DNA from: Octopus vulgaris
Taxonomy: Eukaryota
Assembly (NCBI GenBank): GCA_951406725.2
Contig: OX597828.1
Location: 30,814,001 to 30,878,000, forward strand
DNA: 64,000 nucleotides
Direction of reading: 5' to 3'
The first letter of the stretch is position 1. The number at the start of each line of letters is the position of its first letter. A program made the position numbers and the translations under genes. Positions 10,681 to 25,692 of this stretch are shown here, piece after piece. The notes under the pieces are model-generated. The model had not been told where the DNA came from. It made no database searches and saw nothing but the letters and a program-made list of their open reading frames with translations.

Positions 10681-13291
10681 GGCCTCTCTGTGCGTGTACG
10701 TGGGCGTGAGCGTGTGTGTTCGTGTACCTGTTTTAGCATATTTTTTCTTAAGCATCTCACCATATTAATATCTGACAATCTACCGACAGACATGGGAAAC
10801 GACTGTTCAACATCCAGAATGTTGCATTAATCTGCACTTTGGGGTTGATTTGTCGTTGCGCAGTGATAGCAGTAATTGATGAAAATAATCCACGACATAC
10901 ATCACGCTTGATAGTGTTAAGACTACATTTTGCAGCTTAGTGTGTGTAGATGAAATTGAATTGATATCGTTGATTTAATCACGACAATATTTGTGAAGCA
11001 AACACATATCTGCATGAAATCTAACATCAGTTTTTAAACATTACTGCATATTACTCCATCCAAATTGCTTGTCCGAAAGCAATATCCTGATATCATGGAA
11101 TATATTATGACGTGAACTTGAAAACATTGTTTTAAATTAAACAATAAACATCCACGATTATATAGCCAAAGGAGGGACCTCATATTACTTACGCTATTTT
11201 CTTCATTCATTCGCATTCTTCTGATGTAAAGCGCCGAAAGAAAATTGTGCGTAATTTTATCATAAATATTAACATTGTAACGCTATCAAAAGGCTTCAAT
11301 TTATATAATAGGAATGGCATATGTGTAAATCAAACTTTTCGTTAAATATTCCAATAAGAGGAATGTTACATACTGACAAAGAAACATTGTTCAACATAAC
11401 ACGTAAATCTGAATTTGAAATTAATGAATGTTCAATATCTGCATAATTCTATACAAATGTATAAATTCATTCCCACTCATATATATTTGCGGGACCCGCG
11501 AACATTTCACAGAATTAATGGTAAAGGTATTGGCTTGTTTTTGAAAACTTTATCCCAAAAAACTGTAAGTGTAGCTTGTGTTGCGTCTCTGTCGAAAAAT
11601 AGTCGCTCATTTCTAATGATTGAAAATTGAAGAAAATTGGTATACGATGGTTACGTAACAAATTTCATATATACGCTTTATATACTTTATGCACAATTTT
11701 ATAGAATTGATACACAGAACTCTCCCTCTTCCTCTCTCTCTCCCTCCTTGGATTACCCTTATTTTCTCTCTCTGTTTTCTTTCGCTCTTCGCATTTCCAT
11801 TCAACTAATCCCGTGACAGCGGGGCTGAGTAACAGAGAAAGAAAAACTAAGTTTAAAATATAGTACATCTCGATCACTACCCCACCTCGTTCGCCATCTC
11901 ACCCTTCTCTTCCTTCCTCTATATCCCCCTTTATCCTTCCTCTTAAATCCCATTATTCCCCTCTCTCTTCCTGCCCCCCCTCATCTTCTTCCCTTCCCCT
12001 TCCATTAAGCTGATCACATGGAAGTGTTAGGGACGCGCTAAATAACAGAATGACAAGAACAATTATTATAAGATTTTATTCATGTAACGCAACGCTCTCC
12101 TTAAATCTTTTCGCCCATTTGTAAATCATTCTTGGAATATTTATTGTGCGATATCTAATTCTCTCTTTCTTTTTCTTTGCCTCTCTTTCACCTTCCTCTC
12201 ACTGTGTCTTTCTCTTTCCCTCCTCAATACACTCTTCCGTAGCTTCTAGCCCTCTGCCCTCCCCGAGTCTTCCTCTCTCCTCCCACTACCACGTAACCTC
12301 TGATCCTCTAGGTCTCTGTCATCCTTTTTCGCTTTGCCGTTGACCAGGTCAGTCATGCTTATTTGTATTCCTTTGTGTTTTTCATGTTCCGTGTGTTTAC
12401 TTCTTCCTTAGTTCTAACTTTCTACCTGCCATCCTCCTGTCTCTTGTCCTATAGGACATTTCCATTTTCTTTTGCATTACCCATAGTCGTATGTCTGATA
12501 GCTTCCCAGATTTTGTTGTTGTTGTTGTTATATAAATAAAGCCGCATTCGGTGATGAGACCATAGTTAGTGATTTCAGAATTTTGGGGGAGTCCGCAATC
12601 AGCCTCTCATTACCAGGCACGCACTAACTTGGAACCTTTCTCTTCCTATTTTTCTCTTGCACTCTATAGACCCTCATAAGACACAAACACACACACACAC
12701 ATACAAACACACACACACGCACATATACACACACACACAAAGGTATGATAAATATGTTTGTGATATAGGTGAAATGCTAAAAGGAAATCCTCTCTTATGG
12801 TAAACAGGTGTAAAGGCACCCTATCTGTCCAGTGTCGCCTCCTGGCAAGATTCCAAAATATTCATGTTTTTAGCTCTATAGCCACTATCACTAGGAAATA
12901 GCTAAGAAAGGTAAGCCTGGAGAGACCTTATTATCAAAGCATAGCTTTAACTAAAATACAGTCAAAAACATTGACTGATTTGCGACAAGAGACAGTCGAG
13001 GTCTTGGAAATTAACGGTTTATATCAGCTCCAAGCGGTTTTTAGGTAGAAGCAAAGTTCAGGCTAGTAAACATAAGTAGTTACCGTGGAGAAAAATTCTT
13101 TATGGTAAACAGGTGGGAAAATACATATTTACCTTGACGGAAAAGCACTTAGTGGTTCTCCCTAAATGTACCACTATTATACATATATATAATATGATAC
13201 TTGCAACCTACGGACATTTTTAAGCACGCTGACCACAGGTAAAAATTGATATTTAATTCTTAACCTATATTTAAAATGTTATATCTATCTA

Positions 13292-14576
13292 TGAGGTTGT
13301 CAAGAAAGTTCTTGCGGTTTTTAACCTTTAAATTCCGATGCACATATCTCGGCTCAAACAAAACTTTATTAATCGAAATAAACACCATCAGAATCAACAC
13401 ACTTTTGCCAGCGCGAAACAAGTTTATTTATGCCAGTAGCGTAAAAATCCTGCGTTCTGGTGGTGATGAAGTCGTTGAAGGCGTGTTTGGCATCGTTTTG
13501 GTTTTTGAAGCATTTCTCACGCAGGAAGTTGTAGAGATGTTTGAAAAAGTGGTAGTCAGTAGGCGAGAGTTCTGGTGAGTATGGCGGATGAGGCAGAGTT
13601 TCATATCCCAATTCGTTCAACTTCCACAGGGTCAGTTGTACGACGGGCGGTCGAGAGTTGTCGTGAAGAAGAATTGGTCTTTTCTATTGTCCTTTGCTGG
13701 CTGTTGTTGTCGGAGTATCTTATGCATTCAATCCATTTGCTGACAGTACTTCACTGTAATGGTTTCGCCTCGATCCCAAAAGCTGTGATGGATGAGACCG
13801 GCCGCAGACCACCAAACAGTCACCATGGCCTTGTTTTGGTGAAACCTTGGCTTCGGGTAGTGCCGTTGAGCTTCTCGGCGTCTAACCACTGAGCTGAGTG
13901 TCGTCGGTTGTCGTAAAGAATCCACTTTTCATCGCAAGTCACAATCCGGTCGAGAAACGGGTCGTTCTTGTTGCGTAAAAGAAGGGAAGACGACACTTCA
14001 AAACGGCGTATTTGTTTCTTGGCTGTCGTTCAATTCGTACGGTACCCATTTCGCAAGTATTTTTACTTTTCCAATCTCTTTCAAGTTGTTGGCTATTGTT
14101 GTATACATTACGTCTAATTCAGAAGCAAGCTCACGAACAGTTGTGCGCAGATTGCCTTCGACTAAGTTTCTTAGTTGATCGTTGTCAACATCCGATGGCC
14201 GATAACTACGCATATCATCTTCAAGACTCTCGTCACCGCTACAGAATTTCTTGAAACTCCATTGTGCTGTTAGTTCATTAGTGGTTCCTGGGTCAAAAGC
14301 ATCGTTGTTATCGCGAGCTGTTTCAGCAGCTTTTCGGCCTAGCTTGAACAGGAATAATAAAATTGTGCGAATTTGCTTTTTGTCCATTTTGTATTCAACT
14401 TTCTGGAAAAATGGCGTTATTATTCAAAGAGAAAAAAGATTAACACGATTAGATACAGCGAAAAATGAGTTTCTAAATGATATATAAATCCTAAGTAATT
14501 TAAAGAAAATTAATTTCGAAATACATCGTTTAAAACCAAAATTAAAAATTCCGCGAGAAATTTCTTGACAACCTAA
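13292..14576 (-). mobile_element. Full-length mariner transposon (cecropia/Hsmar1-like), transposase frameshifted
   Basis: TIRs TGAGGTTGTCAAGAAAGTTCTTGCGG / CCGCGAGAAATTTCTTGACAACCTAA with TA on both sides; length 1285 bp. Confidence 0.95.
13369..14387 (-). pseudogene. mariner transposase pseudogene
   Basis: MDKKQIRTILLFLFKLGRKAAETAR, WVPYEL, VTCDEKWILYDNR and HPPYSPELSPTDYHFF, spread over several frames. Confidence 0.92.
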
Positions 14577-14707
14577 TATCTCTCTCTCTCTCTATATATA
14601 TATTTAATATTAATCTTAGGGAAGTTATTTCCGAGTCTACAGGGGAGATAAGTTTAATTTAGTGGTACTAATATGAATCAGTCTCTGTATTATATACATA
14701 TAAAGAG

Positions 14708-15384
14708 ATAGGTTTAAGAGACAGAATCACTCTTAGGCAACTCAACCATCATTGAATGACATTAACCACACTAGGTACATATAGGACTAAATCTTAAAAT
14801 TATCAAAATTAATAGCTTCAATTCTTATTACAAATCATATACTTTACATTATCTTGACTGATGTTAATAATTACTATTAACATTATCTCCCCTACGAAGT
14901 AGCTCTCAATCTTGGATAATAATTGATGGTAGCCATGTTTAATTCATGGAGGGAAAATTACCATACAGATAAGTTAACATTTCTTTTTACTAACAATTCT
15001 TTTTCCTACTTTTATTCCACATTTCTGTTCATTATTTACTGAAGTAAAATTATTCCAACGACTTCTAGTTATATAATTTTAGTTTGTCTAGTCTTAATAT
15101 ACGATGTAAATTGCAAAATAAGTTCATATAAGATAGACCTGAAGATTGGCAATATTACTGTTTTAATATGGTATTGTATAGATACATTCTATTTCAGCAA
15201 TATCGAGGAATGCTTTGAGATGAAAAGCGCGTAGTCAAGTTAATGTAAATTTTATGGTTTGTAATAAGAATTGAAGGTATTAATTTTGATAATTTCAATA
15301 TTTAGTCCTATATGTACATATTGTGGATAATGTCATTCAATGATTATTGAGTTGCTTGAGGGTGATTCTGTCTCTAAAACCTAT
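14708..15384. repeat. 152-bp inverted repeat (14708-14859 / 15233-15384), PLE terminal-repeat-like
   Basis: Arms are reverse complements with scattered mismatches; a hammerhead motif abuts the right arm. Confidence 0.85.
15136..15236 (+). ncRNA. Type I hammerhead motif with long stem II (family B)
   Basis: GAC-CTGAAGA-...-GAAA-AGCGCG-TA-GTC; stem I GAC/GTC, near-palindromic loop III, degenerate stem II. Confidence 0.55.
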
Positions 15385-16849
15385 ATATATATATATATAT
15401 ATATTGGTTTGATACATGCTTAACAAGTAATCGGCTTATTAATATTTTATCGTGGAGAAGAGAATTCACGAATTTTGGACGACATATGAGCGGAAGTGAT
15501 ATATATGGACACATAGATTCGAAATTATTACTACACCTCTCTATTCATAATCTTCTACCGGCAATGAAATGCGGCAGATATATTCTTTGACAGACGTTTC
15601 TACCAATCCACTATTGTTACATAAAGATGTATGCGTATTTCTATGTGCGTTTGTATGTATATGCGTATATATTTTATCTTGTAGCCGAAATATAACATTA
15701 GACAAGATTTTTGTGCAATACCAGCTGATTTATTTCTATTGTTACTTTCACAATTAGCAAGGTCTTATTCAGGATAGTATTTTCAGAGCACACAAATGAT
15801 CACATGTCAATTTCAAGTCAAATTACTCTAAATCCGATTAGCCGATTTGTTTACGACTTACCAGATTTATTTATTCATTAATTTTACCCTGTTCATACAT
15901 CACAGACTGGAGAGGGAGCCTTGCTAAATGCTGTTTCACAAGTCAACGTCACTTTCTTTCATTAATAGTACCCCAACAATATATTAATTCTATTACTCAG
16001 ACTGAGAGAAATAGTTGTTACGAATATAAATGGCGATGAGAAATAACTCACAGAAATACGCTATTTATATACACATCACGAGGGATCGATTAGAGTTTGA
16101 TTGATTTATCAAAAGAAAAATCCTTAAATGAAACAAGTATCAGTTTATATATAAAACAATATTGATTTCTAATACAAGTATTATATTATATATCTTTTTA
16201 TGGTTGCCAGAGAATATACTCGACGGAATCGCCACACGTATTTGACAGGTATATTATTATACCACAAAAAGATTAAAGGCAAATTAATTGAACTGTTCCC
16301 AGAATATTTATCTGTGTTCAGCAATATTTTCAAGTCGAAAATATACCAGTTTAATTAGCAAACGAATTCAGCATTGTTGTTTTATGTACAGAGACGAAAA
16401 TGATATAATTCAATTAACAAATATTACTTACATTTCAAATTTTCAAAATACCGTCCAGAGATCTATGGAAGAATTAATTGTAATACAAGCAGTAGAACAA
16501 TGACCTCATTTGCATACATCATAAACAGCCGTAAGAGAGTGACCACCTTGTGATCAGGCAAATTTTCTGAATCTCATGAATTACATGAACACTGGAGTCT
16601 GGGCAGAGAGATCCTATGGTTTGTCTCACAGACTGATTTTATATTATAATGCAACCAGATTGTTCACATTTCAGAGTAGAGTTGACATTACAGTACATTT
16701 TTCATGTCTTACTTATTACGCTTAGTGAACACACACACACAGACACACACATACACACACAGACACACACACATACACACACACACACTCACACACACAC
16801 TCACAGAAATACGCACACACCTATACGTATGTATGTCTCAATATTGAAG

Positions 16850-17125
16850 GAGAGAGCTTCTTGTGCAAACGGCACCGCCAAACCCAAAGATTTTGACACA
16901 GCGTGCTACCGAAGGGCAGTTAGGATCAGCTGGACTAATCTCTGACCGAACGAGTCAGTAGCTGAGGAACTGGGAACTGAAAGAGAATTATTGGTATCTG
17001 TCAGGAAGAGAAAGCTGCAATATTTCGGAAATGTTAACAGAACCCAGATACTATACACCTACAATGATCCTAAGGCGAGTTGAGATATAAATGAATAGAA
17101 CCGAAGATCCCTGGCTGAAGGCGCA
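16850..17125 (+). mobile_element. RTE-clade LINE 3' fragment
   Basis: FDTACYRRAVRISWTNL*PNESVAEELGTERELLVSVRKRKLQYFGNV matches the RTE post-RT pattern (CYRRMLRISW...RKLxYFGH). Confidence 0.8.
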
Positions 17126-18720
17126 AACATAGAGAGCGCTAGAAAATGATAGAGGGAGAGATAGTGTATATGGCATCTTCTTACGCCCTCCGTTATGCGG
17201 ACTGGAATAGGCAAAGGAAGGTAAGTAATTGTAAAGTAAGGCACCAGAGTATCGTATGTACGTCCAATGATCTATTTATAAAAATAGAATTTACTGAATG
17301 TTTGAACATTTAAAAAACTGAATGACAGATCAGCCTGTAAGAACAGGCAATGAACACCAAATGGATTAACCCAAAATTTAGTTGAAACATTACAAAAGTT
17401 GTCTTTTAATCAAATACATTGTTCTCCAATTTTTTTTTATTACAGTAAGCAATGATATATTCTCTACATTAAACCCAACAATATTGGGAGGACGATTTAT
17501 AGGAACGACAGGAAATGGTTGTTTAAATGTTGACGCACATTATTTGATCAAAATCAAAGCGGGAAAGCATATATCAGCACGTTTAAATTGTTCTGTTTTG
17601 GAGCATGAATTTACCCGGAAACACTAAGAGTTTAAGCTTACATAGTAACGACATGAAAATAAATTCTGATGTTTTTGTTCATGCGTGTTTCTTGCCAAAT
17701 TGAAAGAAAATTAACATTGTAAATAAAGTTTAAAATACTCAAAACAAGCTGGAAACTAGGGAATTCATATGATGCTCCATATTATCAAATGCTATCATTT
17801 CAGGCAATGTTTTCATAAGTTCGTGATTTATAATTTTGTGATGTATAATTTTGAAATATCAATGATGTTTATGCGTATTCCAAGTCACGGATGCGTATGA
17901 TATATAGCCAGTTATTATTAGCATAAATAAACATTTGAAATATATATTAAATTTATTATTTCGAGCAACTGATTTGAGTAATGAAACATGAATTATAATT
18001 ATATGGACATTATATTAAAAGCAACATTTTATTGATTTGTTCAACTCGTAATCAACCCTATTTATGCACTTGTATTTACTGGGAAATTCAAGTAAAATGA
18101 ATACCAAGCCTCAACCACCGAGTTACATCGTGAATACAACTATAGTAATGCACAATTAGGAGCAATTTCTACTACAATATATTATTCCATTTCTGACATT
18201 TCCGACAGATTAATAATTACATGTTCCAGTATTGAAATATAGTGATATCTCAATGTAATTTTCCGCATACGTTTGATACATCTGTATTCATTTGGCGAAT
18301 CAGAAATGATATTGTTTCATGAAAAAATGCATCTCTTTGGACATATATTCCGAATCAGGTCGAAAAACTAATATAGTTCACTTTATATTTATAGTCTATT
18401 TGTGTCAGTTCACCTTATTAAATGAAGAAAGACAATCACGTTCATATATTGTTTTCTATATCAATATAAAATTCTGACAATTCGGATTTAAAGAACAGCT
18501 TTAAAGAGAAGATATTAGATTTTGTTCAATATATGCTATCATTAATGATGTTCTAACCCAAATTCAGTCCCATATTTTTGACTAATTTGCCATTTCAATG
18601 CTATTTCGGTCGCACAATAGAGTGACACACGCGAGATGCGTTTCAGCTGAAGACATTTTCAATTTTGTAAGCGTGTCGTCCCTTAACAAATTTATATTTA
18701 TCTTCATATTGCTAACCACA

Positions 18721-18764
<44 letters not shown>

Positions 18765-18836
18765 AGTACTGGGAGAATAAGAACGGAACGAAGCGAACGA
18801 AGCGAAGCGAACCCGACGCGAGGGCGCTGTCAAACA

Positions 18837-18975
18837 ATAGTGTAATAAATAAAATATATGCATACATACAAACATATATGTACGTACCTACATCTACATG
18901 TATATATACATGCATATATAAATATATATACGTACAGGACACCACAACTAGACGTAGAACTCACCGAGAAACGAA
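18837..18975 (-). repeat. Dispersed repeat, reverse-complement copy of 40320-40462
   Basis: Near-identical ~140 bp including CAGGACACCACAACTAGACGTAGAACTCA; both copies lie in (TA)n context. Confidence 0.9.
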
Positions 18976-19026
18976 GACAAGATATTCTTGTTGCTTATTT
19001 CGATTTTATATATATGTATATATATA

Positions 19027-19104
<78 letters not shown>

Positions 19105-19408
19105 TATATACAAGATAACTGTCTCTAAATATTACGGAAAATCAGCGTCGTCTGAGTCAGTTGCAGAAAGTAAGTACCTGTCCCAAGTTAGTGTTTTACA
19201 ACTATGATCAAACATACCCCGCGTAGGACTACATATTTATTTTCAATTAAAATTTTAGAATTGTCTCACCTACCTACCTCCCTCGACCAGACCTGATCGT
19301 TGAGTTTAATGGCAATTTATTTAGTGTACAATTATAATTGTAAGTAGCAATTTCAAGTTCATGGCACTAAATACGATTGCACAAAATCAGCTTTCAATTA
19401 AATATTTA

Positions 19409-19441
<33 letters not shown>

Positions 19442-19805
19442 ATATATATATGTGTGTGTGTGTGTGTATATGTGTGTGTTTGTGTGCCTGTGTGTGTATG
19501 TGATTATTGAGTTGTATTTCATGAATTCTTTCCAATGGAGAAAGTGCTGGTTTCTAAGCGAGATACCAGCCTCATTCATAGGAATTTCAACAACAGAGTA
19601 TATTTGTAAGCACCTATGTATATGTGCAGATTTGATTTATGTGTGTAATCACATGCTTGCATATCTAGACATGCTCATATATACTTAAATACTAAACCTC
19701 TGAGAAGTTTTACAGATTTTTACAATTCCAGTGATAGGTTGGATCCATAGTTTTCGAATCAGCTGTATGTATGTCTGTATGAAGACAAACACATATATGC
19801 AAATA

Positions 19806-19859
<54 letters not shown>

Positions 19860-20590
19860 AAATGTGTGTCTGTAGCGATATACACATAATAGCTAAAATA
19901 ACGAGCAAGCCGGTGCATTTGCCAGAAAAAGAAAGATGCCGTTTCGGATGTTTCAAATATAGTTTAGGGTATATCATGAAAACGAGCTATTTATCATAAA
20001 GTTTCTCACTCGTATGTCTTTAGAAATTCCTGCATTTATATCGTTATTGGATACACTATTACCAATTTAAACATTTTCCTGCGAAATTTCATTCCGTTTT
20101 CTGAAATGTATTCTATAGTATTCAGCAGAAACTTTCCTTTCTTGCCGTTTGCAGCATTGACTGCAAGACATGATTAATGTCATTGTTCTGACTTGCACGA
20201 AAACTTTAAATAAACATTTATATGTTGAGATTATATCATGACTAGCGATATCTCACTTACAACTCTGGGGTGATTTGTAATGCATTAGATTCTTAGACGT
20301 TTTATTGTGTTGCCTATTATGTATTTAATTTGTTCGGTATTTATTGCGCCTGTGGCAATTGTTAGATGATTGATCGCTTTCGGCATTTTAGATAACCGGA
20401 CGTTAACTTTATAAATTATCGGCGTAACTGATAATGTTGAAAATTAATTAGAAGTTATCAGCAGGAAAGTCTAGAATAGAGTTCATCCAAATTACAAGTT
20501 ACTATATTGGAATACTGGCATGTAAGCTGCATTTAATCTTGACCTGCATCAATTTCATACACATACATAACAGACATCCATACACAGAGA

Positions 20591-20647
<57 letters not shown>

Positions 20648-20685
20648 TTATATGTATATATGTATGTATGTGTGTATGAAGGTAC

Positions 20686-20815
<130 letters not shown>

Positions 20816-21116
20816 ATCTGTGTGTATGTGTGTGTTGTGCGATTTTGTGTATTGTGTGAGTATACATTTGTGTGAAACAATCACTCAATGGATTGTAGTT
20901 TATGAAATATTGCATTTACATTAGAGTAAAGTGTAATGCACGAATATGCAGCCTAACAATCGTATTGCCTCGCAGAAATTATTAAAGATTTACTGATATT
21001 AAAAGATATTGAATGGCTTAAACTAAGTTTGTCTTTGCATGCGATATAAAGAAATTGTATGGAATTTTGTGGAACGTTAAATTATGTATTGTACATCATG
21101 TAAATATATATCTGCT

Positions 21117-21242
21117 AAAGCCGTGAATGTGGCCGTGTGGTAAGAAGTTTGTTTCCCAAACACATGGTTCTAGGTTCAATTCCACACCGTGGAACCTGAG
21201 ATAAATGCCTTCTACCATATGCTCAGGCCGACCAAGGCCTTG

Positions 21243-21243
<1 letters not shown>
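21117..21243 (+). mobile_element. SINE 5' fragment (family of 34493-34885)
   Basis: GTGGCCGTGTGGTAAG A box, GGTTCAATTCC B box, GGCCGACCAAGGCCTT. Confidence 0.75.
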
Positions 21244-21301
<58 letters not shown>

Positions 21302-21344
21302 AATATATATATATATATAGAGAGAGAGCTATGTATATCTTTTT

Positions 21345-21680
21345 TTCTCTCTTTTATTTGTTTCAGTCATTTGACTGCGGCCATGCAGGAGCACCGACTT
21401 CTAGTCGAGTAAATCGATCCCAGGTCTTATTCTTTGTAAGCCTAGTACTTATTCTATCGGTCGCTTCGGTTGTCAAGCGATGTTGGGGGGGGGGGCAAAC
21501 ACAGACACACAAACATATACACACATACATATATATACATATATACGACGGGCTTCTTCCAGTTTCCGTCTACCAAATCCACTCACAAGTCTTTGGTCGG
21601 CCCGAGGCCAGAGTAGAAGACACTTGCCCAAAGTGCCATGCAGTGGGATTGAACACGGAACAATGTGGTTCGTAAGCAAA
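21345..21680 (-). mobile_element. SINE copy (family of 34493-34885)
   Basis: Reverse complement matches 34520-34880, including the CATGGCCGCAGTCAAATGACTGAAAC tail. Confidence 0.85.
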
Positions 21681-21706
21681 TATATATAAATTTATATGTA
21701 TATATA

Positions 21707-21750
<44 letters not shown>

Positions 21751-22236
21751 AAATTATATATATTTATATAGGTACATAGCTATGCATTATGTGTGTTTGT
21801 GGTTTTGCCAACACCTCTACATAACAATGTTGGTTTGTTTACGTCCCTGTAACCTAGTCGATTTGTTTGACTACACACTTGCAAAGCAGTAATCCAGTAT
21901 GCTTGCTGTCTAATAATCTCAGTTATCTCAATACGATATCGGCATCTTAAAGCGGGTGTGCAAACAAACGTTATATACCTATATTCATCAGCATTCGTTA
22001 TTATCACGCGGATGATGTTACAAATGTCAGCATCTACTATATTTGTCAATACAATATGCTTACTATATTCTAAACTCGATCAGTTCTACCATGATAAAAT
22101 GCAACAAGTTCAGTTATGTGCTTTCATAACTTCACCATCCACAGAAGCATATACTAGCAAGGAAGCGGCAGAATCAGTGAAACAAACAGTTAAAAAATGC
22201 GAGAAAATCACGATTTTCTAACAGATTTATGATAAT

Positions 22237-23088
<852 letters not shown>

Positions 23089-23744
23089 GATAATAATAAC
23101 AATGCAAAGAAAAAGAAAAAAAAAAGCAAAGCCCTACAAAAATCGTATGAAAGTGCATCTTTAATCTATGTCAATATAATTGTACACTTTCAAACTTCTA
23201 CTTAAATACCAGCCAACTCCTACCACAATAAACAAACAAATGCCAATTTCTGCCTGCTTCATTACACGGATACAAATCAAAGTATGTATATTCACACCGT
23301 CGGATTCCACTTTATTAATTCACTCCATACCATAATACGCCCACACTATGCCCCTTTTTTTTTTCTCTTTCCATGTCTGAATATATACTTTTCTCAAATC
23401 CATCTATGAAATTCTCTTTCTTCACAACTAGAACTAAAGTCTGGTATATTATGACTCGCTCTCTTTCCATTGAAGCATTAACTTAATAAATTATTTGATA
23501 AGATTTTCACCGTTTGTCATATTTTTCATTAAGTTTCATAGTAATGACTCTACATAAACACCACACTAATACGAATAATCATTCATGATACTAATATTAA
23601 TGCCTTGTATTTGAGTAAAATCTGACATATATGTGAGTGCGCCTCTCTCTCTGTATATAGATATATATGACTATATATTTACACACACATATATATGTTA
23701 CAAACTATCCTAGATATTGCGATATGTTATCAAAATATCTGTAA

Positions 23745-24470
23745 ATTGTGCCACACTCAATTCCTCGACGCAAGTTTACGTGTTTTTATAATCAAGTCAC
23801 TGGAAAGCTAACCTGCGGAAATACATCCATTCGGAACCACAATAAAGCTAGCTCTAATGAATGCTGCTATAATGACCTTGATTCTGGAAATTGCCAGAAA
23901 GGTAGAGGAACTATCAGGAACACCACCATCGAGAATAATTCTGGAGCCTCCAACCATGATATACTTCTACCGAACTGCTGTACCAGCGGAATCTCAACCT
24001 CGACATATAAACTGTAGAACGCCTGCAGAATTATCTCGGGATGAGCACTGCGTACAAACCAACGTAGTGTATAAATGCATGCTCCAGGCACATAGGGACG
24101 ACAACGAATCACGTGACTATCGCAATGAATTGACGTGTTTACTAGAACAATTTTTTTTTTGAAAACTTCGCTAGTGGAATACGCGTATCCATCTTGCATA
24201 TGATAGTAAGACTAACTATTGTTTCAAATGGTCTCTACTACCTACAGGGTGAAGAGATTACGTCTTCGCTTGTCCGCATGGAAAATAGCTTGGAATTTTT
24301 CTTAGATAACAATAATCAATTACCCGATGAACTAAATGAATTAGGGATGTTTTGCACACAGGAATTATCGCACTTTCCGCAATTATACAAGCGACAAATT
24401 TAACACTAATGAAATACGATAAACTTCGGTGTTTTGTCAGCTTGATTCGGTGGAACTGAACACTATAATT
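23745..24470 (+). mobile_element. Decayed Penelope-like element (Nematis-like), linker plus GIY-YIG endonuclease
   Basis: ...KLTCGNTSIRNHNK then INCRTPAELSRDEHCVQTNVVYKCML...DY, resembling the PLE CNCR..CPL.G.C....VVY...YIG motif. Confidence 0.6.
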
Positions 24471-25349
24471 ATTGCACTAATTAAATGATGAACAATGCGT
24501 TATATCCGAATACGGCCATTGTCTATACACATGCATCTGCCCCTCTATATGGCTGTGTGACTGAGACAGCGTTGATAAGCACATGAATGAGAGGTTATGG
24601 CTGTGACTTTATCTACATATAGGTCTCTGACTGCGTCTCCGTCTACGCATATATCCATACATGCGTAGACGTACCTGTGTGCGTGTATTTATGTGCTTGT
24701 AGGTGTGTGCTTGTGTGACTACAGCGGCTTATGACAGACGGTCTGGTAAACTCTACGTCTAGAACTTGTTCATGAACATACTAAGACCAGAGTCATACAA
24801 AAGGGAAGACTTTGAACCAGAGAACATATGAATATCAACATGAACTCTTTACCTCTTTTCATTTTCGTTGTTATTATTATTATTATATTGGATATGGTCA
24901 GGAATTTTGGTGTTCCATTCTTTCGTAGCCATTTTATTATGACGTTTTCCTCTTTTGTGTGTAGTTTTATAAATCACACAAACGGAAACTCACAAAAACA
25001 CACACGCACCCACAAACTCAGAATCCCTCTTTCTCTCACACATGCACCACACACACACACTTGCAAATAAACATAAACACACATATATGTCTCCATGGAA
25101 GGACCTACTTCATTATGTGATCATCCTGAATGGAGGCGTGGCTTACAAAACTTCATCAGGCCACACTGTTATTCCTCTTTCTTTTAGTCATAACACCTCA
25201 CACTAACATTCTCTATTCGGTTATAGCAGCAATCTGGGACATATTTTGCATACTAGAGTATTGGAGGCAGAGATATTTTTCCACATTTCACTAGTTGGAG
25301 ATAATGCCATAATATTTTCATCCAGTGTATGTAGGAATATATTTGACCG

Positions 25350-25520
25350 CCACCATCGATTGACAATCGGTGCTGGTTTGTTTAAGTCCCTCTAACGTAA
25401 TGATTCGGCAATAGAGCAAGGTAAAGTAAGTGCCAGGTTTTAAAATCCTGAATATTGAAGTCGATTAACTCGATCGAAAGACGGTGCTGCTGCATGGCCG
25501 CATTCCATTGAAAGTAAATG
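25350..25520 (+). mobile_element. SINE 3' half (family of 34493-34885)
   Basis: TTGACAATCGGTGCTGGTTTGTTTA and ACGGTGCTGCTGCATGGCCGCA match the 34.7-34.86 kb region. Confidence 0.6.
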
Positions 25521-25692
25521 TAGAAGACGAATGAAGGTAGGCACATTCTGCCCCATAAAGAAAGAAATTTGAGACACAATCAAAAAGTTACGAATCAAAG
25601 GTATTTCCAGTGTGTGTATGTGTGTGTGTGTGCACCTGAAGAGGGAGAAAGTGAGATACATGTGATTGAATGAGAGAAGGTGGATAAACATA

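Noticed and set aside
12545-12640. GTGATGA-GACC-ATA-GTTAGTG...CACTAAC hammerhead-like 5' half
   Set aside because: C3 is mutated and there is no GAAA/UH 3' half; too decayed to call.
12785-13122. Direct repeat TTATGGTAAACAGGTG about 300 bp apart
   Set aside because: It may be a decayed pLTR partial tandem, but I could not read any supporting motif.
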